This document shows, in pieces, positions 35,327-48,555 of a stretch of DNA of 64,000 nucleotides. Position 1 is the first letter of the stretch, and the number at the start of each line of letters is the position of its first letter. The position numbers and the translations under genes are program-made. Origin of the DNA: Felis catus (lineage: Eukaryota); NCBI RefSeq assembly GCF_018350175.1, contig NC_058368.1, positions 106,890,001 to 106,954,000 on the forward strand, written 5' to 3'. The notes under the pieces were generated by a model, which was not told the origin of the DNA, did not search any database, and saw nothing but the letters and a program-made list of their open reading frames with translations.

Positions 35327-36929
35327 AATATACCGTCTGCCATTAGTCCATGAAAATGTATTTTACCAAAGGCGATTTGCAGGTGAAAGCCCAAGTATGC
35401 TGCTGTGATTAGCAAGAGTGTGATCCGGTGGCCAATAGCTCCTACCTTCCCTCTCAAAACCGCTAATTTTGATTTCCTCTCATCTTGCAAGAAAAGAGAC
35501 ATGACTGCCCTAGAGTCAAACTGATTCCTGAAGACAGAGGAGGGATCCTCGGCATAAACTCGTGGCTCTACCACACAAGTTATGCTAAAGTCAAAAGTAG
35601 AGGTATTCTTAGAGAATGCCTCCTTCCCAACCTCAAATTGGTTAAGAATTTAGGAATATTAAATTATTTACCACTATTTCAGGTAAGGCATGGTCTGAAT
35701 TGCTTCCTTTTTAGCTCTCTGTAAATACTTTTTTAAGTATGTTTTAATTCCTCTCTTCCCTCTACCTATCGTTTAGTACGAGGTTTGAAATTCTCCCCTC
35801 GTGTCATTGAAGAGGTAGTTTTATCAGATATGAAAAATAATTTTGAAACTGGCATCAGATAGGGCCGATAAATCTCAAGCTCTCTGGATTTCTACTTAGT
35901 CACAGAGTCTAACGGACCGTGCTTCGTAGAGGAAAGATAACTTTTCTGGTTCCTTCCAAAAACTCACTTAGTCCAGGCTCTTGCCCAACTTGAGGTGAGA
36001 ATATTCAACTGAAGTGAGCAATTTCAGAAACGGAACACAGCTCCTTGCCAGAGCGGTTGTTCTGCCGTTATTTTATGAACTATGACTCATGTACCTGATC
36101 ACATTTCCGTCTTTGTGCAGACTGCTGGAAAAACTACCGAGCAAACTGGGCTCTCTCTTCTTAGGAAGTGCGCTGGGCTTCCTCGTGTGCTGTCCTCATT
36201 CAAGGCTCCATCTCATAATCCGTCCTTTGCCTCATCTTCCTCTCTGCCTCAAATAGATGGCATCTCACAGGGCTCTTACTATTTCTCCACACCTTAGGCC
36301 TACTGAACAGATAGACTACTAGGTAGAAAATTCTGCGTATGTTGGTTTTATGTGCTTCCATGTGTATATAAAAAACAAAGACGAAAGGCTCTCTTTCAAA
36401 AGGAAAATTTGAAATTAAAAGTACATTTTAAATAAGGAAATCCATGTTTTTGGTATAAAAAGTTCCCTGAAGAGGTTTCTCTGGCCGGAAGAAATGAGGT
36501 TCGAAGCTCACACAGTTTTACTCATACTATGCTTACTGTTTTCAAGTTCCTGACAAAAAGAAGAAAGTAAGAATTCGTGTTAGGCTAATTAAATTTGTTA
36601 GGTTTTTTTGTTCTTCCAGGTTATCAAATAAATTCCCTCACATTTGAATTCATGTCCAAGTGGTCTAGGTTGGTGAAACGTTGTTTAGACAATTACCTGA
36701 ATAATAAAATGATTGTTGTGCTAGATTCCAAATTTTATCAGTCAGTATAAATGAAATAGTAGTTCATGAAACTTTCTAAACATCTATTTTTTAAAAGGCT
36801 AAACCATTTAGAATCAACACTTCATCGTTAAGAGAAGAATGTCACTGTATTTCCTGCCATTGTTTTATTTTTTTAATACAATGATCATAAGCCTTTTTCA
36901 TGAATTCTGAACTTAGTTTTTTAAGTGTT

Positions 36930-37160
36930 CTTTTTATTTTTTTTCTCAAGTTTTCATTCGAATTCTAAGTTAGTTAACCTATAAGGTAATATTGGTTTCA
37001 GAAGTAGAAACCAGTGATTCGTCACTTACATACAACCGCCAATGCTCATCACAAGTGCCCTTCTTAAGGCCCATCCCCCATCTAGCCCATCCCCCACCCA
37101 CCTCCCTCCACCAACCCTCAGTTTGTTCTCTATCATTAAGAGTCTGCTTTGTGGTTTGTG
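36930..37160 (-). mobile_element. Carnivore L1 3' end
   Basis: tgattcgtcacttacatacaaccgccaatgctcatcacaagtgcc...accctcagtttgttctctat. Confidence 0.88.
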
Positions 37161-37399
37161 GCCACACAAACCTCCTCCTCCTCCTCTTCTTCTTCTTTTG
37201 TTTATTATCAACACATAAATGTACAACTTTAGAGCCATTTTTGAGCTATTCAGAAAGACTCTCAGTGGATACCCATGGACAGCAGCCTATACCTGCCCCA
37301 CACACACCTCAACCTGTCCATTTGGCCTTCATTTGAGCTGTGTCAGGCCAGTATCAACACAACAGACATGGTCATTCTTTCTATATTTGATAGTCTCAA

Positions 37400-37570
37400 A
37401 ACCCTTCCACTTCCACAGTCTCATATCACCTCAACTACAGTCTTGTGGGAGAAGTATCAAACCTGCATTTTATAAGAGACGAGATTGAGGTGCAGAGCCG
37501 TCGGAAGACCTGTCAGAATAAAAACCAGAGTGAGAGCCTCCATGATCTAAACGTATTCTGGTGTTCTTTC
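37400..37570 (-). mobile_element. MIR
   Basis: cctcaactacagtcttgtgggag...cattttataagagacgagattgaggtgcagag. Confidence 0.55.
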
Positions 37571-37832
37571 CACCCTCATTTTCATCTTCTCGTTACCGGC
37601 ATGAGAGTTTGGTAGATTCCAGATTTTGACAGAAACAGGAGCGGTTTCTCTCTTCTCCCCTCCAAGCTCAGCGTATTCTTTTTCACTTCCAGTCTCCAAG
37701 AGTGATACAGAAAATGCATGATGTAAGTAAGGGCAAACACAGTTGCGCCCGCTGTGCCAGTAAAGGCGAATGCCCTAAGGTCATGCCAGTTTGCCCATTT
37801 TAGTTCATGTGGCTTCTCTGTAAGATAAGAAG

Positions 37833-37856
37833 TGCTGACAGCCGGGAATCTGCTTG

Positions 37857-37892
<36 letters not shown>

Positions 37893-37960
37893 CCTCACAC
37901 TCATGCTTTCTCTCTCTCTCTCTTTCTCAAATAAAGTTAATCAATCAATAAAAAATAAAT
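37833..37960 (+). mobile_element. 5'-truncated Can-SINE
   Basis: gtgctgacagc...ctgcttggaattctctc, (CT)n and A-rich tail, no head. Confidence 0.8.
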
Positions 37961-38458
37961 GAAATAGAAGCCAACCCTAGACCTCTTGATTAAGAATATT
38001 CATGGGCTAATTATCCTTTCTTAGTAAGTAATGTTGGTAGAATGTCTTTCCTCTATCACAGTGTTCCAGAGCACAAGACCTGATTTCTCCAGCGTTGCCT
38101 TGGATCATGTCAGCCCCAGGAAGCCCCAGCTCCTCTAGGGTCTGGACAGGAGGAGCCTGGTTCCATAGGCATTGGCGTCAAACTCACTTGGAGGCGATCA
38201 TAACCTCCTGCAAGCTTTTAGTTCCACCTCAGCCTCAGAGGCATTCCTGGAATGAATCTCTCAAATGCCCACTCTCCAATCCCGCCAGGTGAGGCACCGA
38301 GGCACAATGTGGCAACATCACCTTTTAAATTTTACACTCACCAAACACTCTTTGAATTGTTAACCATGGCAAGAGAGGGGTGGAGAGGCAGTAGAAAGGG
38401 GGCGGGGAGGCAGAATTAAAGGATGGCTCTTATTTCCCTGTAACTTGGAGTTAAATTC

Positions 38459-38477
38459 TCACCACCAGATGGCAGGT
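38459..38477 (+). promoter_or_regulatory. Candidate CTCF site (forward)
   Basis: TCACCACCAGATGGCAGgt. Confidence 0.55.
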
Positions 38478-38754
38478 GGGCACCAGGATGGGAAACTACT
38501 TCCTAAACGATTTGAGAGATGTCGTTCTTTGGTGTCAAAACAGGGAAATCCTGACAAATGAGCGGAGAACTTGTGGAGAACTGGAGTGATTAATTGTGCT
38601 GATGAAGCCCTAGCATGGGGAGCAGGGCCCTGCCGAGACTGTCGAGCATGCTGCGGTGCAGGAAGGTGACAGTAATTGAGGTCCCATACTGAGAAGTCTT
38701 CAGATGGAGCAGCTCAAGCTGCGCGCCCAGAACTCATTAACCAAGTCCTCCATG

Positions 38755-38878
38755 CAGTCTCTGCTCAAATTGTGGCTCATGCTTGTTAAGAAATGCAGAA
38801 TTCCAGGACAGCTCAATCCAAATCTTCTTGTTTAACAAGCTCCCCGACTGATTTCTTTCTCTCTTCAGGTTGAGAAAA
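38755..38878. mobile_element. MER5A-like hAT MITE
   Basis: gcttgttaagaaatgcagaatt...tttaacaagctcccc..ctgatt...ggttgagaa. Confidence 0.6.
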
Positions 38879-39194
38879 GATCTTGAAGAGTGTGGGCTCC
38901 TTAGCAAACTCTTTCAAAGCTGGGGTGCAGGGATGAGGGGCCCATAAAGATCCGGGGTTGTTTTGCGAATGTCAAAATACTCACTCCAGGCCCTCATGGA
39001 TGCACAGTCTACTTGGTAGCATTTCCCTCTGGAATGAAAAGGCAGATATGGAGATCTAAGTGCTCTCTTTGTCCGGGGTCTATCTCCCTGCCTTTATACT
39101 GTCCTTGGTAACACTAAACTCATGAGCAGTATAACCCTTAACATAAAAACCTGATCTTTATTTAATAATGACTTAGTTTAAAATGTTGTGCTGA

Positions 39195-39393
39195 GGGGTG
39201 CGTGGGTGGCTCAGTCTGACTACAGCTCAGGCAGGTCGTGATTTCGTGGTCCGTGAGTTCGAGCCCCACATCGGGCTCTGTGCTGACAGCTCAGAGCCTG
39301 GAGCCTGCTTTGGATTCCGTGTCTCCCTCTCTCTCTGCCCCTCCCCTGCTTGCTATCTCTCTGTCTCAAAAAGAAATAAACATTGAAAAAAAA
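39195..39393 (+). mobile_element. Can-SINE
   Basis: SINE body with a small head deletion; gttgt(g/a)ctga flanks. Confidence 0.9.
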
Positions 39394-40892
39394 TGGTTGT
39401 ACTGAAATTGGCACTGCATTTTAAATGGAATCTTAGAAATATGTTTTGTGCAGGAACAAATACTGAGAAAGCCTGGGCCATGATGGGTAATACAATAGTG
39501 ATTTCTTGTGTGTCAGCAAGATTTTTGTGTGAGTTAGAGGTTAGCACTCTTGCCACATATTGTCTTTAACACTGGTTTCTGGGATACGAAGTGAATCCAT
39601 CTGATCCCAAATTTATGTCTCAGGTTTCAATTCTACAGCCACCGACTTGAGTGAGGAGAAAAGGAGCTACTGATCTGCCTCCAGAAAATAGTGTCGGGGC
39701 AAATTCAATCAGCCATTGATCAGGAGTACTAAGTCAGTCTCATTCAGGTTCGTATTTTAACTCTGAATTTCCTGCACCCTTTTCTGGAGGGGATACAAGT
39801 CTGGGAAGGATAAGTCCATCCAGATAATCTTCTGCACACCCATGGCAGGGGGAGTGGCATTCCTTTGTTGGTGGCATCAGTGTTATGTGGTACTGGCTCC
39901 TACGGTGACACAATAGTCACCCATACAGTGTTCTGGGATTGCCAAGCTTTGGCTGTCTTCCAAAGGTCCCCATGCCTCGCTGTAATGTGCATCTCCTTCA
40001 GTCTGTGACTTTCTTTTGGTCAAGTGGCCTCTCGGGATGGTCATCAGCTCACTCTCCAAATTCATTTTCACAGCTTCCCCTGGAGCCATGGGAACAGTAT
40101 GTACCCCTTCGATGCTACTCCCATGCCACAGGGAACACCGGATAAAACATGACTCTTCTGTCGTCCACATGTGCCATTTATTTATTTTTACTCTTTCCCC
40201 AGAACTCCTTGAAGGGGGTACATCTCTGAGGTTTCTGTTCTTAAGCTACATCCAAGGAATGGCAAATTTGTTTCATCTCTCAGAAGCCCCCTATTTTTCA
40301 AGGTACCCACTTAAATTACCTTCCTTTCCCTTCTTCACCCACCCTTGGGCATGAGTGAGAATCTCTATTCCTCTGTCCACCTAAAGCAACATTCCTTAGT
40401 CAGCTGTGTCCTCCTAGAGCTTGATTTTTTTTTTTTATCATTTCAAGGCAGGAAGGAAATTGGTGTGATCTGGTATACCCCTTTTGAGTCTGTCCTGTTT
40501 TGTGATAAGAGCAGCTTCTTTGAATGATGTGATTAAGATTCTGGTCCTTGCCCTCCGTGGAAGTCTCCTTCACGTTTGTCAGTGCAGTCTGAGGTAGAAA
40601 TCATTTGGGACGATGGCAGGAGATATGCTAGGGAAAGAAAAAGAGATCAATTATCAGTATTTCATTAGTCCTTCCCATTTTGTCTTGCCACATATATGGG
40701 TACCCATGGAGAGTGAATCATGACATCATCTTAACCCCCTTTATCTATTTCATTGCATTTCCTTTGAGAACCTATCCGCAAGGAAATGATCAATGTTACC
40801 ACTTTCATCTAGACTGTAAGGCATTTCTGGAATCTCCCCAGAGTGTTAGGAACCATTGTGGGAAACGCTGAGTAAAATGTATTTGACAAGAG

Positions 40893-41092
40893 TCAAAACT
40901 ATAGCCATAGAGAAAAGATCAACTGTGGCCAAGGTATGGGGAGATTTGAGTGCATGCCTACAAAAGGGCAGCCTGAAGGAGTTTTGGCGGTGATGGAATT
41001 GCTCTATATCCTAATTCTGCTGGCAAATACACAGATCTATGCATGTATTAAAACCTTAAAAAACTATGCACCAAAATGTCAGTTTTATTGGA
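40893..41092 (+). mobile_element. Ancient L1 3' end (L1MC/ME-like)
   Basis: caaaactatag...agatcaactgtggccaagg...gtgatggaattgctctatatc...aactatgcaccaaaa. Confidence 0.7.
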
Positions 41093-41094
41093 CT

Positions 41095-41099
41095 CTATC

Positions 41100-41142
<43 letters not shown>
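41095..41142. repeat. (CTAT)n tetranucleotide repeat
   Basis: About 10 tandem units. Confidence 0.95.
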
Positions 41143-41241
41143 CATCCTTGAATGGTATATGAAAGCTTATTCTCAGAAAGTTCTACATCAAATGGTTTCT
41201 ATAAGTAGGTTTAAATGAGCTGCCTTTTAAAATGTAGGTGA

Positions 41242-41445
41242 AGGAGTACCTGGGTGACTTAGTTAACTGTCTGACTCTTGATTTCAGCTCAGGTCATGAT
41301 CTCATACTTTGTGAGTTTGAGCCCCATGCCAGGCTCTGCACTGACAGCGTAGAGACTACTTGGGATTCTGTCTCTCCCTCTCTCTGCCCCTTACCCTCGC
41401 TCTCTGTCTCTCACAATAAATATAAATGAACTTTAAAAAAAAGAA
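41242..41445 (+). mobile_element. Can-SINE
   Basis: Degenerate head, CT tract, A tail. Confidence 0.88.
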
Positions 41446-41787
41446 AGGAAAAAGTAAGTGAAAGTTGGGATTATTTTAGAGTTCTGTGTTGTGTTTATGT
41501 CCTGAGATAGGCTGGTTCTACCACCTGCAGATGAATTCCTAAAACAAATATTCCAGAGGATTTCCATAAATTCTTTATCACCAAAAACAATAGTACGATG
41601 TCCAGCCTATAGATTCATTAGTCTTTTCACTAGTGTACCCATTTAATATTTGGGGAACTCTTTACATTTCATTCAGTACTTTAAAACAGTTTTGTTGTTC
41701 TCACTCTCTTACCCAAAATTATGCTCTAAAATTGCATCCTGTTGAATCTAGTATAGGTGTTTGTTGTGTCAAGAAGATCAAAGAATG

Positions 41788-42013
41788 GGGGCGCCTGGGT
41801 GGCTCAGTCGGTTAAGCGTCCGACTTCAGCTCAGGTCACGGTCTCGCGGTCCGTGAGTTCGAGCCCCGCGTCGGGCTCTGGGCTGATGGCTCGGAGCCTG
41901 GAGCCTGCTTCCGATTCTGTGCCTCCCTCTCTTTCTGTCCCTCCCCCGTTCATGCTCTGTCTCTCTCTGTCTCAAAAATAAATAAACGTTAAAAAAATTA
42001 AAAAAAAAAAAAA
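41788..42013 (+). mobile_element. Young Can-SINE
   Basis: CpG-rich with a long pure A tail; perfect TSD aagaagatcaaagaatg at 41771-41787 and 42014-42030. Confidence 0.96.
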
Positions 42014-42089
42014 AAGAAGATCAAAGAATGTACCTGAAGGTGCATCAGCCTGTTTTACGCAAGGGGCTTCTTTTGTTAATATCTTGTAT

Positions 42090-42305
42090 TTGCTACAATC
42101 CCAGAAGTGTTGATCCAAGTACAGCAGGAGGTATTTGCTATGGCATAGACTCCCCTTGTTCAGCCAATAAGTAATTGAAAGCAATTACCAAGCAGGAATT
42201 AGTAATTCGATTACCTAAAAACCACCTTAGCAAGAAAGCCTAGGGACTTTTGTGGCACAGCTGTGGCCTTAGCAGTGGATTCGGCAGTAGTCGCTAGAGT
42301 TAAGG
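42090..42305 (-). pseudogene. Retroviral env TM remnant (heptad repeat, immunosuppressive domain, CX6CC region)
   Basis: Across frameshifts: LTLATTAESTAKATAVPQKSLGFLAKVV / NRI...IAFNYLLAEQG / VYAIANTSCCTWINTSGIV. Confidence 0.85.
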
Positions 42306-42460
42306 GGCACTGTTGTCACATGCCTTAACATGGACAGAAAGCAAATAGCGAAAAGGCAAGAGGAATAAAGGTTTCATACCGGAGATGAAGATCTTGATCT
42401 GTGAACTGTCTGCCTCAAGACCGTGTCTGCTTCTGGGGAGGAGCTTACCTAGTCAATTTT

Positions 42461-45400
42461 TTTCTGCCGGTTGTTTTGAGAAATAACTGATGTGCGCACT
42501 ACATGGATTTAAGGTATACAGCATGGTGGTTTGATTTCCATATATGGCAAAATGATGACCACAATAAGTTCAGCTGACATCCATTTTCTTGTACAGAAAT
42601 AATAGAAAAAAAGAAGCAAACATTCTCCTGGTGATAAGAAGTCATAGGGTTTACTTTCTCACCAGGGTTCCTGTGTATCCCGTGGCAGTGCTAGCCACAG
42701 TCACCATGGCACCGCACATCACTAGCCCTCATTTACCTTACATAACTGGAAGTTTGTACCTTGTGACCACCTTCCCTTCTCCCAGACCCTCCACCTCTTG
42801 TAACTACAGGTCTGAATTTTTTGGGGGGTAAGTTTTTTTTAAGGTTCCACATGGAAACAAGATCAAACCATATTTGTCTTTCACTGTTGGGCTTATTTCA
42901 CAATCCCACCAATAGTGCGTAAGGGTTCCCTTTTCTCCACATCCACGCCAGCATTCATTTTCTCTTAGTTTTTGTATGATGATATGTAGCAGAGAGACAA
43001 AGCAAGTAGCGAAGAAGAAAAGGGAATAAAAGTTTTCATACTGGAAATGAAGATGGCATGACATCTCATTCTGGTTTTAATTTGCATTGCCCTAATGACT
43101 AGTGATCTGGAGCATCTTCTCATGAACCTGTTGGCCTTTCGTATATCTCCTGTGGAGATATAGCTATTCAGGTCTTTTATGCATTTTAATTAATTAATTT
43201 TAATTTTTAGAGAGAGAGATCACGCTAGTAGGGGAGAGAGGCAGGGGGACAGAGGGAGAATCTCAAGCAAGCTCCACATTCAGCGCAGAGCCCAATGGGT
43301 AGCAGCTCAACCCCACAACCTTGGGATCATGACCTGAACCAAAATCAAGAGTCAGATGCTCAACCAAAGGAGCCACCCAGTTGCCCCTATCCGTTTTTAA
43401 TTGGGTTATTGGTTTTTTTTTTTTTTTGCTGTTGAGTTGAATGAGCTCTTTATATATGTCTGACATTAATCTTTTATCAGATACATGCTTTGCATATATT
43501 TTTACCCATTCTGCAGGTGGTCTTTTCACTTTGTTGATGGTTTCTTTTGTCCTGCAGAAGCTTTTTAGTTTGATGTACTTCCATGTATTTATTTTTTATT
43601 GTAATTCTGTATTTTTTTAAGTGTCACAGCCAAAAAAATCATTACCAAGACCCATGTCGATGAGCTTTATTCCTGTTTTCTTTCAGGAGTTCTATGGTTT
43701 TGTCTTGCATTTAAGTCTTTAATCCATTTTGAGTTAATTCTGTGAGTGTAAGATATCAGTTCAGTATGTTAATATCTAATTGCTTTAGCATCATTTATTG
43801 AAAAGGCTCTCTTTTCTTCATTGAGTATTCTTGGCTCCCCATCAGATATTAGTTGACCATATAGTCATGGGTTTATTTCTGGGCTCTCAATTCCATTTGC
43901 CTGTTTTTGTGCCGGTACCATACTGTTCTGATAGCTATAACTATATAGGATAGCTTGAAATCAAGAAGTGGGATGCTTTGTTCTCCTTTCTCAGGATTTA
44001 TTTGCCTATTTGAGGTCTTTCGTGGTTCCACGATTGTGTTTTCTATTTCCGTTAAAATATCATTGGAATTTTGATAGGGATTGCAATGAATCTATAGATG
44101 GCTTTATCTTAACAATACTCATTCTTCCAGTCTGTGTATCGCGAGATACCTTTCCTGCAGCTTTACTGAATCCATTGATTAGATCTAACAGTTTTTTCGT
44201 TAAATCTTTAGGACTATTCCATCTATGAAATCATGTCATCTGCACATATCAACAATTTTACTTCTGCCTTTCCATTCTGTTGAATGGAAGTGGTCAGAGT
44301 GGGTGCCCTTGTCTTGTTCCTGATCTTAGAGGAAAATATTTCAACCCTTCATCGTTGAGTACAATTTTAGCTATGGGCTTGTCATATATGGCCTTTATTA
44401 TGTTGAGATGTGTTTCTTTTCTGCCTAATTTGTTGAGTTTTTATCATGAATGGATGTTGAAATCTGTCGAATGCTTTTTCCGTGTCTATTGAGATGATTG
44501 TATGATTTCTTTCTTTCTTTCGATGAATGTGATGTATCACATTAATTTGCATATGTTGATGAGTGAGGCCATGGGCTATGCTCTCTGTTCAGGTGCCACT
44601 GTACATAGGACTGTTGAATGGGCTACGTAGCTCCAGTGTGCTTTGGTCAGGTTCTCTGTCAGACAGGCTGAAGGCTGTATTTAGCAATGAGGGAGCAGGG
44701 CTACACATTTGATCCCCTGCGCAGGTGCAGCACGAGAAGCAGCTTTAAAGCTCTTAAAGCTCTTTGCTCCCTTAACTTGTGCTGACCCACCAACCCACAT
44801 CCCAAATTCTCTGACCAAACAGGACCAGTGGCTTTGTTTTGCCAACTGTCAGCTCTGCACACCTGCCTCATAGCCTGAGTGCCACTGGAGTTGTTTTTCC
44901 AATACAAGTTGTGTCCCCAGGCTTTGTGGTCACATGGAGCCCAAAGACTCTGCACAGCAGTTGGGGCTATGTCTCAGCTCTTTTGCCTGGGAGGGAGTGG
45001 GGGGGGGGGTGCGGAGGAGCTACTCCAAGCTACCCTCCATTTCCCCAATAGGCTCTGCAGCTGTGACAGGCTGAGAGCTACCCTCAGTCTTGGCTACCAT
45101 TGAACCGCCCTGCCTGTGTGTAGCCCATGAATGCTCTGTGCTCGTAGTTGTGCTCTCGGCACATCAGTTCTGCCCCCTTGCCTCTCTGCTCCACTGCCGG
45201 TAAGTCACACTGCTTCCAGGAGTCATTGCCAGCCCTTCTGGTCAGATAGGCCTGGAAGATATTCTCCAAGTGGCTGGATCTTTGATTTAGCTCTTTGCCT
45301 GGGCATAGGCAAACCAGGCTGTAGAGCTGACAAAATTCATTTGAGAAACTAAATCAGATATGTGCCCCCGCTGAGTTCCCCCATCAGAACGCACCCCTGC

Positions 45401-45936
45401 CTTGGTTCTACAGATGAGCAAAAACCACTAGTTAAGATTTCTATTCAACCACTGCAGACATGAACTCAGTTTGCCAAGGTCCTTGTGCCGGTTGTTGCAA
45501 GCCCCTCTCACCTTCTTCTTCACAGTCACATTCCTAGTGGCTGGGCCCCACAGACCTCCCTGAGTCCATAATGGTATGAGATCAGAGTAAGGGCTCCTGC
45601 CAAGTGATCCACAATGCTGGGGGTGGGGCAACTTGACGTCCCCCCAGGTTCTCTTTTTCCGCTGGAGGAAGTGGAGGCTAAGGAGACCTCTCCAAGTGGT
45701 GCTGTCCTGGTGCAGTGGAGGGGCAATGCAGTCAGCCTGTAGCTGCCTCTCTTACACTTCTAATGCAGACTTGCCTCGGTCTCTGTGGTGCGGGGTAGGG
45801 GCTTCAGCCTTACCTCCGTGTTCTAGGATTCTCTCAGTGGTGTCTTGTTCTTGCACAGTTGTTAGTTGTTCTTCTTGGGAGGGGGAGTCATGTCAGGAAG
45901 AATCTATGTTGCCATCTTGCTGACATCACTCCCTCT
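42461..45936 (-). mobile_element. Internally deleted L1 (L1MA-age) retaining both 5' and 3' ends
   Basis: 5' start gagagggagtgatgtcagcaagatggc at about 45936, GC-richer 5' UTR to about 44560, ORF2 pieces, 3' UTR at about 42465; TSD ct(a/g)gtcaatttt. Confidence 0.8.
43190..43388 (-). mobile_element. Can-SINE nested in L1
   Basis: Reverse SINE with ttttaatt flanks. Confidence 0.88.
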
Positions 45937-46111
45937 CTGGTCAATTTTACTTTTAGATCTCTAGGTGGCATATAGTTCCAAGAGGCTGGTGGAGTCCTTT
46001 TTCACTGAGAGATGTGGACTGAAAGTTCAGGCCCCTTGAATTTGGCTGCTGTCTGGGTACCGTGGAGAACCTGGCATGATCCCTTCCACGTAGGTTCAAG
46101 ACTGGACTTTA

Positions 46112-46329
46112 GGGGCACCTGGGTGGCTCAGTCGGTTGAGCATCTGACTTCGGCTCAGGTCATGATCTCACAGTTTGTGAGTTCGAGCCCCGCGTCGGGC
46201 TCCGTGCTGACAGCTCGGAGCCTGGAGCCCACTTCGGATTCTGTGTCTCCCTCTCTCTCTGCCCCTCCCCAGCTTGTGCTCTGTCTCTCTGTCTCTCAAA
46301 AATGAATAAATGTTAAAAAAAAATTTTTT
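46112..46329 (+). mobile_element. Can-SINE nested in the ERV
   Basis: TSD aagactgg(a/g)cttta. Confidence 0.93.
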
Positions 46330-46823
46330 AAGACTGGGCTTTATTCTTAGTGATTCCAAATCAGAAGTGTGGGAGAAAATTGAAAACATTTAGAAAGTTG
46401 TAGCCTGATATTTGAGGAAATTAGAAGAGTTCAGGATCCAGTTTGGTTTAGGGGTGTATAACAAAACTTCAAAGACAATGAAGAAGACTAAAATCTAATA
46501 TTCACAAAGTTATGTTATCGTTTTCTCCTCAAACATAGCTTTTTACTATAATAGCCCTCATTTCTATCAAAGATATTGAGAGCAGGACTAATTTTGTTTG
46601 CAAAATAAGTCTAATCTCATTAACTTGGCCTGGTTATTTACATAAGTACAGAAAGAGTAGTGATTGACCATAGAGGGTCTTATAAAATTTGCTTTGCAAA
46701 ATCTATTAATAGAGAATCTTAGTTCAGTCTTATAAATCCTCTCTAGGTTAAAAGGCCCACTCAAGGGCCACCATCTGACTTCACCTGGAATACTTGTATA
46801 CATTTGGGGTTAAATCTTCTTTT

Positions 46824-47657
46824 GTTGTTGTTGTTGTTGTTTTGTTTTTCAGTTTTATTTTTTATTTTTTATATTAAATATAATTTATTGTCAAATTGGT
46901 TTCCACACAACACCCACTGTTCATCCCAACAGGTTCCCTCCTCAATGCCCATCACCCATTTTCCCCTCCCTCCCATCCCCCATCAACCCTCAGTTCATTC
47001 TCAGTTTTAAGAGTCTCTTATGGTTTGCCTCCTTCCCTCTCTGTAACTTTTTTTCCCCTTCCCACCCCCCATGGTCTTCTGTTAAGTTTCTCAGGATCCA
47101 CATAAGAGTGAAAACATATGGTATCCGTCTTTCTCTGTATGACTTATTTCACTTAGCATCACACTCTCCAGTTCCATCCACATTGCTACAAAAGGTCATA
47201 TTTTATTCTTTCTCATTGCCACATAGTATTCCATTGTGTATATAAACCACAATTTCTTTATCCATTCATCAGTTGATGGACATTTAGGCTCTTTCCATAA
47301 TTTGGCTATTGTTGAGAGTGCTGCTATCAACATTGGGGTACAAGTGCCCCTATGCATCAGTACTCGTGTATCTCTTGGGCAAATTCTTAGCAGTGCTATT
47401 GCTGGGTCATAGAGTAGGTCTATTTATAATGTTTTGAGGAACCTCCACACTGTTTTCCAGAGTGGCTGTACCAGTTTGCATTCCCACCAACAGTGCAAGA
47501 GGGTTCCCGTTTCTCCACATCCTCTCCAGCATCTATAGTCTCCTGATTTGTTCATTTTGGCCACTCTGACAGGCGTGAGGTGATATCTGAGTGTGGTTTT
47601 GATTTGTATTTCCCTGATGAGTGACGTTGAGCATCTTTCCATGTGTCTGTTGGCCAT
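46824..47657 (-). mobile_element. 5'-truncated felid L1 nested in the ERV
   Basis: ORF2 C-terminus ([31 protein letters not shown]...[19 protein letters not shown]) and 3' UTR; TSD gttaaatc(t/c)tctttt at 46809-46823 and 47658-47672. Confidence 0.93.
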
Positions 47658-48408
47658 GTTAAATCCTCTTTTTTTGAGGTCTCCACAATATCCTGAGGTT
47701 CCCAGGACTGCCAGGAAGTAACCTTCCTTACTCACCTGGTAAAGCTTCAAGGTATCCTGTCAGCAGGATATCAGGCCAGTTTTTCCAAGGGCATTTTATT
47801 GTCTCCATAAAGTCAACATTAGTTCCTTCAGTCTATCTGGTTATATCTGATTTTATGCTTATTCTCAAAAATGATAGTCTAGTCAAAGCCATGTTTCTAG
47901 TTGTGTCCTATTATAAGGAGATCTGATTCCTATTGAACTTGTGCAAATAATTATATTGCTATGAAATTAAGAATGCTCAATAAGTTTCTGAATTATGGGG
48001 GGATTATATAGGGAGAAAAAGTAAATGTTTCCATTCTTTTGACAAAGGTATATTTACAACATTAAGTCATAGGTAAGTAAGAAAAAAGAGAAGAAACTTC
48101 CCTTAAATCTAGAAAATCAAAACAGTAAGGAATGCTTCACAGAAAAAGTTGTAAAAGTAATCATAATTATCCTCATCATTTCATTCAATACCTTTTTATT
48201 CTCATTTTCTTGAATCCAGTTTTTCCATTAGTTCTGGAAATTCTTCTCCCATTCAGTTCCATGATCTTCAAGTTATCAGAAATCTGTATTCCAGAGTTGT
48301 TCTCAGAGTCTTTTCCATGAATCTCCTGAAGATGAAGGATTTTTGCAAAAGTTTCAGAGTAAATAGCTACAAATGACAAAAGGACTTTTTAAAAAATGGC
48401 CATGGTTA

Positions 48409-48555
48409 GGGGCATCTGAGTGACTTAGTCGGTTAAGTGTCTGATTCTTGGTTTCAGCTCAGGTCATGATCTCGCGGTTCGTGAGAGGCGCTTGAGATTC
48501 TCTCTGTCCCTTTCTCTCTGCCCCTCCCTGGTTCTCTCTCTCTCTCTCTCCATGC
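48409..48555 (+). mobile_element. Internally deleted Can-SINE
   Basis: Head joined directly to the CT tract. Confidence 0.8.

Noticed and set aside
37262..37290. REST/RE1-like ccatggacagc
   Set aside because: Right half site only; no properly spaced left half.
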